DNA from: Octopus vulgaris
Lineage: Eukaryota
NCBI GenBank assembly: GCA_951406725.2
Contig: OX597823.1
Coordinates: forward strand, 103,416,001 to 103,480,000
Reading direction: 5' to 3'
Length of the DNA: 64,000 nt
The position numbers and the translations under genes are program-made. Positions 53,762-64,000 of the stretch are shown here, piece by piece. How positions within the stretch are numbered: the first letter of the stretch is position 1; every line of letters begins with the position of its first letter. Below the pieces are notes generated by a model. That model saw only the letters and a program-made list of their open reading frames with translations, did no database searches and had not been told where the DNA came from.

Positions 53762-54070
53762 AAATGGTTACTGCTGGAAAACGTTTGGTCGTTAATTTGT
53801 TTTAACAAGGTTGACCATGAGCTAACGACAGCTTAAGTTTGAATGGTCCCTGGTGGGACACGTTTGATCATAATTCTGCTCAGTCAAGGTGATCTGGTGC
53901 TAAATAGTATAAATTTAGGTTGGAATGGATATTGTTGAAGCATCACTGAACATAGGTTTGATCGATAAAGTTTAACCTGGAGCTAAACAACATCTTAAAT
54001 AGTGATGATCACTATTGGAACGTTTTTCATAATAGAGCTACTGAATTATAGTTGATCTAGAGATGAACAG
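53762..54070 (+). repeat. Four diverged ~80-bp tandem units of the family E repeat 3' end
   Basis: Each unit approximates ATGGTcacgGCTGGAAtgcCTTTGATCATAggtctgct...ggTTGACCtggaGCTAAACAAC. Single copies occur at ~11860, 12120, 15130, 16760 and 18600(-). Confidence 0.6.
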
Positions 54071-54406
54071 AATACATGCTGCCACAAGCTAGCGCGAGCG
54101 TTTCTATGCAATCGCTCGACCTGCTTGTGTTAGCAACCAAATCTCCGAGCGATTTAATTATCTCTGTATTGATGCCACACACTTCTGGTTACTGGATTAG
54201 AACCAGTAATTTATTGACCGATGCTCCTATTTAAACTGTCATTAACATTTTTATTAGATACACTTAATACCCAAATATTTATATCCATTTCTCTTTCTTC
54301 CTGTTTACTCATGCACAAAAACAAAAATTGCCCTCCCTTCTTATAAATGTCTTCTATTTAATTTTTCTTTTATCTAAAATATTTTTCATTTAAATCTTTT
54401 ATCCAG

Positions 54407-54520
54407 CAAACTAAAGTTCAAGGAACATGTGTCCAGTTTGGGAACAGAAGGAGTGGTGTCCCGGCCTGTTCAGCTGGCCAATATTTAGACATCCAATCTG
54501 AGCAATGTCAAGGATCTTAA
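54407..54520 (+). CDS. Secreted Cys-rich peptide precursor, last coding exon
   Basis: Acceptor ATCTTTTATCCAG. Reads QTKVQGTCVQFGNRRSGVPACSAGQYLDIQSEQCQGS-TAA in phase 0. AATAAA at ~54566 and ~54825. Confidence 0.8.
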   Translation, partial: QTKVQGTCVQFGNRRSGVPACSAGQYLDIQSEQCQGS

Positions 54521-54624
54521 AATTCCACATGGAAATACAAAGAAGGTAGCAAAACGACAAAATATAATAAACAACCGAGAAAGACGAAGAAAAAAGAAAA
54601 CAAGAAGAGTCCTCAAATGAAAAC

Positions 54625-54699
<75 letters not shown>

Positions 54700-55108
54700 T
54701 CACAAAGAGAACATATGGAACATTCAAATGACTTTTAGTTAGATAAATTTATTTAGACAAAGAAATGTAGAACTTGTTTTGGTATATCATATGTACTAGA
54801 TATTCAGAAACGGAAAAAAAAAAAAATAAAAAACAGCAAAAAAGCTCTAGGTTAATATTTGTGCTAAAGTATTGAAAGTTAAAAAAGACTTAAAATTCTT
54901 CCCCGATTCTTCTGAGAATACTCGTTAAAAATTGTTTTCTATGAATGTCAGTATATTTTGTTATTATATAGATATTATTCAAAGTATTATCGAACAGATA
55001 TAACTGTTATTCTATCAATCTCAGTAGTTCGGCTACATATAGATATTAATGTTTCCCTTCAAATTCTTACAAAATATACAATATAAAACTAATATTATTA
55101 AAAGGCAG

Positions 55109-55189
55109 TGGTTGCTTGCCCCACATGGTTGCTTGTCCCACATGACTGCTTGTCCCACATGGTTGCTTGTCCCACATGGTTGCTTGTCC
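55109..55189. repeat. 17-bp minisatellite (GGTTGCTTGTCCCACAT) x~5
   Basis: Direct inspection. Confidence 0.9.
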
Positions 55190-55286
55190 GAACAGTTAGT
55201 GAGTGGAAGGGTAGTGATATGTAAGAGTCTTCTCAAGTTCCAAATGCGAATTTGTTTGTGTTAACTACACTCCAAAGATAGAGCCT

Positions 55287-55363
<77 letters not shown>

Positions 55364-55515
55364 ATGTATATATATATATATATATATATACACATACATA
55401 TATATATGTATACATATGTATGTATATGTATATATATATATGTGTGTGTGTGTGTATAGTTAGATAAATAGATATGCACACAGACATACACATACATGCA
55501 TACTTGCATACATAC

Positions 55516-55557
<42 letters not shown>

Positions 55558-56325
55558 ATGATTTTATGATGTAACGTGCGGATGCTTTGGGATGCATCAT
55601 GAGTCATGTGTCTTGTATTTAGAGGGTTTTCGGGATTTTCACCCTCAGACATCCTCACCCAGTTGATCCAACCGGGGTTGATCAAGTCCCTGCTTGCATC
55701 CCAGTAGCAACAAACCACTGATCTGTCCTCTTTATCCAAAGCCTCCCCCCCCCCACCAGTTTCAGCGATGGAATTTATAGCCATCCACTCTGCAGCACCA
55801 GTAACACCAAACCCAATATAAAATACCACCAGCCTTCACGCACACACTCACACACACACTCACACACACATGCATATATAAACATAATACATACATGTAT
55901 GTTTATTTAGCTTCCTGTACTGTGATAGAATAAGTTATGTAACAGAGAGCTGAATAACAATAACTACATTCTTAATTAGTCACTGCACATGTAACAAGTA
56001 ATTTATTCGTTCGATATATTTCTGTAATGCTTCATTTGTGTGGGAGAATTACTTAAGTAATATAACAGATTGGCACAGTCTGGGTAATTAGTAGACTGTT
56101 GTTTAAATTGCAAACTAATAATCTAAAATAGTTGTTACTATACACTTAACTAACATATTTTGAATCTGCGTTATATATTTTCAGACTGCTTCGTTAGTTT
56201 TTCACAAACAGAAATAAGAGGGATAGATTAAGAAGCTTAATTATTAACCATAATCTTAACTAGTAAGAAAGTAATTCCATATCGTAACTTGAGAAGCATA
56301 GTCGAAGATGTATTTACATACATAC

Positions 56326-56385
<60 letters not shown>

Positions 56386-56498
56386 GTGTGTTAACAAAGA
56401 TACACATACATACGATACATACATATATACATATGTAAATGCATGTACGTATTTACATATATATATATGTAAATGTACGTATGCATATATATAAATAT

Positions 56499-56556
<58 letters not shown>

Positions 56557-57370
56557 AGAGAGAGTGAGAGAGAGAGAGATAGAGAGAGTATTTTAAATTT
56601 TAATTACACACGCACGCACAAGTACGTATACACACAAGCTTCCAATTCTTTTGCCGTTCCAACTTTGCTACTGAGCTGCAATATTCTTGTCAATTATATT
56701 CATTTAGCAAAACAAGGCTACCACGACCTTCTGACATAGACTCCACCTAGATTTAATGAGTACTTTATGCTATAAATTTTTTTAAAACCATAATCAACGT
56801 TTCAATATTATAAAATTTTCAAAGTATCAAAGAAAATCATTTATGGCGTCCATTGCACGTTACGTTTATGTTTATATATACATATATATATACATACATA
56901 TATTACATAAACAAGCAGAACTGGCAATCTAGATTTCGGTGTATTTCACAGTAAGCAATATCTTTGGCTTAATACTGACGGCAACCATAGCTACTACATG
57001 TAACCTTGACAGGGAGGAAACCTCAACTTATTTCAACATATTAAAAACGTTTGTAATGGATTCGTGCGTTTTAACGTATTAGTTAATATGTTGTGGCGTA
57101 TTAACTAGCTGCATAGGCCAACAAACTGTACTAGATGTCACTGTAAGTTAGAGGATATTGTTCTGTTATGAAAACATTAACATACATTAATAAAAACAAT
57201 TTTTTTTGTTTGTCTGGCAGTTTCTGGCGGTCAAATAATTCGACGTTGATAGATTTTATGTTATTGATGCTTGTTGTTGTTGTTGTTGCTGTTGTTGCTA
57301 TTGAAATGATCACAATATTCATAATATATGCCTCTGTGTGTGTGTGTGTGTGTGTGTGTATCTATATATA

Positions 57371-57416
<46 letters not shown>

Positions 57417-57606
57417 TATATATATATATATAATTCATAACCACATACATACAAATGCATATTAATATATATTCATATATATACATACCCATACATACAT
57501 ACATGCATGCATACATACATATATACACACATACATACATACACACATACATACATACATGCATACATACATACATACATACATGCATACATACATACAT
57601 ACATAC

Positions 57607-57784
<178 letters not shown>

Positions 57785-58324
57785 GGAAATTCCGCTTTAC
57801 ATTGTAGCAGCTAGATTTGGTTTGCGATCACATGTCTCGTCGGATTATATACTTTAATCATCTCTTTGTGTCGCTTCCTAAAATAACAATGGAAATAAAT
57901 GCTTTCCATTGTGTTTCAATTATGGAACATAAGTCCTCAATGATTGTTATGTTTAGTTTATTTCTGTATTTCCTTGTTCATGTCTCTTTGTATATGTTTG
58001 CATGTCTTTGTATGATCATTTCTACTGTTTGCTGTATGCGTATTTGCGTGTTTGTGTCAGAACGTTAGTGTACGTATTTGAATAATAATAACAACAGAAG
58101 CAGAAGAATAAACATCACTGAGAAATGAAAAAAAAGTGATCCCTATTTCTATTTTGAGAGATATCATAAGAACTTGGATTAAGAAACGTTAACCGAAGAG
58201 ACATGTAGTGGCGAAACTCGTAGTCCTTCTCTGTTTCGCAGACGTACACTCACTCATACAGTTCTATGTATGTATGTATGTATGTATGTATGTATGTATG
58301 TATGTATGTATGTATGTATGTATG

Positions 58325-58404
<80 letters not shown>

Positions 58405-59180
58405 CATATATTGCATATATACATATATTAGTTGAGCCTTTCGCTTCCTATGGAGCATAAACGGATGACTTCCCTTCATAATTCTCGACTCTGAGTTGTC
58501 TTTCCTCTCTCAGGTCTTGTTAGTTTAGAATTGCTTTGTAATTGCTTTTTTTCTAGGTAGTAATGCTGACCATATATAATTCCATTATTACTTCTGGAAA
58601 GAAGTGGTCCCCATGTGTCTAGCTTCTATCTTTTGTTCTGTGCTGCATGGAAGGTCCTATTGGGAGCTTACATTTCACTGACATTGTTCTTAGGATCAAT
58701 GAGACTCAAGCCACGATACCGCAGCAAATATGGGGCATACCTTCATATATTGTATCTGCCAGGGAGCACCTGTTAAACAACAATATCGAAAATAAATATA
58801 AAAAACTTAAAGCTGAAGAGCGAAAGGAACGACATCCTACGTGTCGGCAGTAAACCCCTCAGAAAGTACTCTCTTCGCGACGACCTCTTATACATCTCCA
58901 GAACATTTGAGCTAACATACCTCAAAAAAGGCTTGGACGTGAAGCACTTAGCATACAAAAAAGAGAGAAAAAAGAATAGATAGGTATGTTTCCCGAAGAT
59001 TAGGAAATAGACTCGTAACTGCTACATCGCATAACACTTCGAAGGCAATGCGTTTGCAGTCCAAGAGTTTGAGATTGCTACAAAATACCTAATAAACGGA
59101 AGGGACAGTGAAGCCCTAGGAAACCTACGATGCTATCGAAAATGTCGATTGTATCCCATTTCTGTGAAAGACATTACACA

Positions 59181-59522
59181 CTTAGCTAGTTAGTTAGTTA
59201 GTTAGTTAATTTTTTGGCTCAAAAAGCAAAAAGCAAGGCCATGTAGGGGGACATGGAGTTATGTACAGGGTGGTGTTCATGTAAAGAGTTCAGGCCTCTT
59301 GAGGTCAAGGGAGACTTTGAACCGAGCGGTCGTCGGCATCTTCACCATCTCGTCTGGCAGTTTATTCCACGGATCCGCAACCCGGACGGAGAAAGCCCCT
59401 CTCCTTTGATTGAGATGAAATCGTCGCAGATAGAGCTTTTCGGAATGACCCCGCAGCTGACGCTCTGGAGCAGGAGTGAAGAACAGCTCTTTCGAGAGGT
59501 TACACTTTCCGCTTATGATGTT
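59181..59522 (-). mobile_element. CR1-clade LINE 3' end with (AACT)n tail
   Basis: NIISGKCNLSKELFFTPAPERQLRGHSEKLYLRRFHLNQRRGAFSVRVADPWNKLPDEMVKMPTTARFKVSLD. + strand (TTAG)n at 59181-59207. Confidence 0.9.
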
Positions 59523-59689
59523 GATCAGCTGCTGCCTAAAATTGTCTTCAAGATACTACATTCTAATGTGACAAGATGTTGTTGCTAAAACAGTACACGA
59601 TGCCGTCAGAATAACAACCTATCATAGGATAAATAAAGAGAATCTTGCTATTATTAAATATAACCATAAACAACAACACCAAGAGTATT

Positions 59690-60365
59690 GGTGGAACATT
59701 CTCATTAGAACCTCTACCAAATACAAACATAACGTCGTTTGGGGCAGTTAAGAAAATGCATGTCATAGAAGTCAGCTGCCCTGCTGATGTGAATATGATT
59801 ATGGCCAACAGCTTGAAAACGTAGATTATCAATTCACATTCATACCAATAATAACTGGTGAGGGGCGGCGAGCTGGCAGAAACGTTAGCGCGCCAGGCGA
59901 AATGCTTAGAGGTATTTCGTCTGTCGCTACGTTCTGAGTTCAAATTCCACCGAGGTCAACTTTGCCTTTCATCCTTTCGGGGTCGATAAATAAAGTACCA
60001 GTTTCGCACTGGGGTCGATGTAATCGACTTAATCTCTTTGTCTGTCCTTGTTTGTCCCTTCTATGTTTAGCGCCTTGTGGGCAGTAAAGAAATATAAATA
60101 ATAACTGGTGTACATGGTTTTGTTAGAAAATGTCTTATTGTCAATGTAGAAAATCTAGGGCTTTCAGAAAAAGAAATTAACCATCTAACACGCACGTTAC
60201 AAATGCAACTGTATACACAAAATTAAAAATATGTTAAACTTTTCTCATCTTCAACACGAGACACTATCTACGTTCTCTGTATTCCAACAATGAAACTTCG
60301 TATCTTTGTTAAAAACTAGCTCCCTTCTTAGGGGAAGACTTTAAATTATTAAAAATGGAAGAGAA
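59690..60365 (+). mobile_element. R4/Dong-like LINE 3' end (restriction-like endonuclease) interrupted by a SINE
   Basis: HVIEVSCPADVN and FTFIPIITG|VHGFVRKCLIVNVENLGLSEKEIN across the SINE insertion. Ends in (CA)n. Confidence 0.75.
59861..60096 (+). mobile_element. SINE family A with 14-bp TSD
   Basis: TSD AATAATAACTGGTG at 59847-59860 and 60097-60110. Confidence 0.93.
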
Positions 60366-60462
60366 CACACACGCATACACACGCACGCGCACGGGGGCGC
60401 ACGCGCATTCACATCATGTTCTGTAATTTGGCATAACTTTCTTTTAATATTGCTTTTTATTA

Positions 60463-60830
60463 AGGTGGCGAACTGGCAGAATCGTTAGCACGCCGGACGA
60501 AATGTTTAGCAGTATTTCGTCTGCCGCTACGTTCTGAGTTCAAATTCCGCCGAGGTCGACTTTGCCTTTCATTCTTTCGGGGTCGATAAATTAAGTACCA
60601 GTTGCGCACTGGGGTCGATATAATCGACTTAATCCGTTTGTCTGTCCTTGTTTGTCCTCTCTGTCTATAACCCCTTGTGGGTAGTAAAGAAATAGGTATT
60701 TCGTCTGTCTTTACTTTCTGAGTTTAAATCCCGCCGCGGTCGACTTTGCCGTTCATCCCTCGGGGTCGATAAATTGATCGACTACCCCTCCCCACCAAAT
60801 TTTCGGTCTTGTGCCTAGAGTAGGAAAGGA
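60463..60830 (+). mobile_element. SINE family A, long form with internal partial duplication
   Basis: Head GGTGGCGAACTGGCAGAATCGTTAGC. The core TATTTCGTCTG...GTCGACTTTGCC occurs twice. Confidence 0.88.
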
Positions 60831-62107
60831 TATTGCTTTTATTAAACTGCTCTCTCTCTCTCTGTATATACATAGATGCGTATGCATGTATGAAAGTATA
60901 TTTTCTCTTCACACACTTACACAAGACATTTTACTGTTTTAATTACGCAACTAAAACTAAATCGAGTCTTTTTAATCAGGGGGTGGGGGGATGGCGGGGG
61001 GACAACAGCAAAAAGAACAAAAAAGCAAAAAACAAAACTAAAACAACCCCATCAAAATTGAAAACTAACAAACAATTAACCCTTGCAAAGCGAAAACAAA
61101 TCCAGTATAAATTTCAGTGGGTTTTACAAGAAATGTCAGAGGTCATTTGCAAGCAGCGTGTGAAGTTTTTATTTAGATCGAACCGTTTATTCGAGTAAGC
61201 TCTGACGTGTTGTATTTAGCTGAGTAATTTCAAAGATTTATTAACATCATGAAATTATCGTGAGAACCATTGCAGTTAGTATTTGTTATTGAGTAGTATT
61301 AATGCCTGATGAAGAATTAGTTCTAAGTCTTTTGAAATATTTTACTTACTGGAATTAAAATTAATTACTATCCTTATCACATATGGCTTTAAGCCAACCA
61401 TCATTCCCTTCCTTCTCATAACAGTGGAATAAAACGAAAGAACCTAACAGCAAAGATACACACACACACATTTGCCTGACGTGCTCACGCACACATTTGG
61501 TTGACATGATTTGGATTTAGAAATTTTGATAGAACATCAAATATTTCTTTTTCTTTTTGGAACAGTTTAACTCGAAGCAGATAAAGCTATGAATAATAGC
61601 GTGTAGATATTGGTTTTAAAAATATCTTTGGATAAAAAAAGAGTAGCAGAGTATATATATATACACAACGGGCTTCGTTCAGTTTCTGTCTACCAAATCC
61701 TGTCACAAGACTTGGGTCTACAGTAGAATATACATAACCAAGGTGACACGCAGTGAGACTAAACTCGAAACCTTGTGGCTGGGAAGCAAACTTATTACCT
61801 TACAACCACTCCGACATCTATTTATATTTAAAGAAACACTGCTTCTAATATATAATGATTTTAATTTTTACTTGGTAAAATATTATTGATATGCTCATTA
61901 TAATCATGCATTATTAGTAATTTTTATGTTATTACGTTATGAATACAAATTTCGCTGAAGTCAGCTTTGCCTTTCATCATTTCGGGGGGAGGGGGGTCGA
62001 TGAAAAAATGGGCCAGTGAAGCACAGGAGTTGATATAATAGAGTAACCCCGCCCCGCACAAAATTTCAAGCCTATTGCCTATAATAGAAATGATAATAAT
62101 TAAAATT

Positions 62108-62320
62108 ACGTGGCTCAGTGGTTAGAGTGTCGAGCTTACGAACATGAGGTTGTGAGTTCGAATCCCGGACCGGGCTGCGTGTTTTGTTCTTGAGCAGGAC
62201 ACTTTATTTCACATTGCTCCAGTTCACTCAGCTGTAGAAATGAGTTGCAACGTCACAGGTGCCAAGCTGTATCACCCTCCCCTCTCCAGTGGAGAGGGGA
62301 GGGTGCTGGTCTTCCATAAA
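62108..62320 (+). mobile_element. SINE family D copy
   Basis: GTGGCTCAGTGGTTAGAG...GAGTTCGAATCCCGGACCGGGC. Homologous to 29054-29400. Confidence 0.85.
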
Positions 62321-62334
62321 CATATATGTATGTA

Positions 62335-62381
<47 letters not shown>

Positions 62382-63378
62382 ATACATACTGAAATGTCAT
62401 AAATTGAGTATTGGGGCCGCTAATTAAGGTAGATGTGTTTCTGGATGTGTGGAATAAATGATTCTTTAGTTATTAAAATATAATTTGATTCCCAATCTGA
62501 TCTGTCTCTCACTATATTATACATTCTAATCCGCTTCTATTTTGGGACGTGACGGATATGGCTTCGATATTTCTGAGCCTAGTGCTGCTTGATCAAGACT
62601 GATTTGTGGAGAAACTAAACCCCAATAACACCACCACCACCACCATAGGTCAATATCTTGCATTAGAACCATGTAACTAATGTGTTTCCCACATGTAACA
62701 CAGTGACGTGTAAGCAAAGTGTCTCAAAGAAGTGCGCCAAAAACATAATCCTTCATACTTTACCTTACTTGACAGTGTTGAACCAATCAGAACGTGCCCT
62801 GCCTATCCAAACGTATCGGATCTCAGTACACCACTCTTTTCTAATCTTAGAATGTTTTTCTGTGAACGGAGAAATATACTTCAAACTGTTAAATTTTTCT
62901 TACTTTTGTTCGTGTGTTCTTATATACAAGGTCTTATGTACAAGAGATAATAGGCTTCGATGCTGCATCGAAGAAGTGGGTCTCCGCCTTCTTCGAAATG
63001 AGACGAACTTATATTATTCGAGGGTGCAAGGGTCCCCTGGGCCCTGACTCTACAACACGCATAGTTCTGGCCTTAATATAGTAGTGTTAATATAGCGTGT
63101 GCTTATTTAGATATCATTTATATAACTATGTATGCATGTATTTAGATATATATATATATTATATAGTATCTAACTTTGACTGTGTTTTGACATCTCATAT
63201 ATAATAGCTAAGTCTTTCTGTAAATATTTAGATATCTCTCATGTATCAATTATAATGTTCAGTGTTAGCTTCTCTTTCTTTACATATGAGTCTCCGATTG
63301 TTTGTTGTTTCTGCTATTGCAACATTTGCTGATAATGCAATTGTATCAGTATTCTTTCCACATATTAAGGGAAAAACT

Positions 63379-63429
<51 letters not shown>

Positions 63430-63443
63430 GACACACACGTACT

Positions 63444-63488
<45 letters not shown>

Positions 63489-63617
63489 GGCACACACAGA
63501 CACACTAATCTCTCTCACATACACGCGTGCGCTCGCATTACACTCGCATACATATACTGAAGTTCATTACTCATGAAATCCCAACAGTTTAGTAGCGTGA
63601 ATATATTTAAAGCTTTG

Positions 63618-63642
63618 CTGATGAGGTCAAATAAGACCGAAA
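63618..63642 (+). ncRNA. Hammerhead ribozyme core, probably degenerate
   Basis: CTGATGA-GGTC(AAATAA)GACC-GAAA with a perfect stem II. Stems I and III are not convincingly formed. Confidence 0.45.
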
Positions 63643-64000
63643 AATGACTAGCATTGTTCCCCCAAACGACTAAAATAATCATTCGGGATCTATTGTTCTT
63701 TTCTACTCACTACATTAATATTTCTAATTACATTTTTGATGCTCTGAATTAAACATGTTCATCTTTATTTAACACTATTTTGCCATTGTTACTCTCTCTG
63801 CGTCGTGTTATAGCTTAAATTTCCATCACCTAAATCACTATAATCCACAATAATATTTCCTTCAGCTTGCAAGTCTAGTTTGTTTCGTAAAGAGCTTTAG
63901 GGTAACCGCCATCTTTATTTATTATGGATGATTGAAAATAGAATCACTTCTGTATCAGAAGCAATGTTTTAAACTGCTTCACATAATTTTTCCGTTAGTG

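Noticed and set aside
55109-55189. CRISPR-like array
   Set aside because: Head-to-tail 17-mers with no spacers, in a eukaryotic context.
59181-59207. Telomere-like repeat
   Set aside because: (TTAG)n is the tail of the adjacent CR1 element, not TTAGGG.

Overview
AT-rich, microsatellite-saturated animal genomic DNA. The tRNA-derived SINE families and the (TA)n/(CA)n/(TACA)n load point to an octopus (inference). Nearly all ORFs in the supplied track are microsatellite artefacts. Real content: (1) a three-coding-exon + strand host gene missed by the ORF track (34532-34651, 52351-52437, 54407-54520; both introns phase 0), encoding a 106-aa secreted precursor with a signal peptide, an RxxR site and a Cys-rich C-terminal peptide; (2) a ~2.9 kb near-perfect palindrome (74-2996) containing Penelope-like GIY-YIG remnants, with a complete type I hammerhead ribozyme at each outer end; (3) further hammerhead-bearing short repeats inserted in (TA)n; (4) many decayed mobile elements: mariners, hAT MITEs, a hAT transposase relic, R4/Dong-like, RTE and CR1 LINEs, a Gypsy relic and at least four SINE families. 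All calls are by eye, and boundaries of degenerate repeats are approximate.
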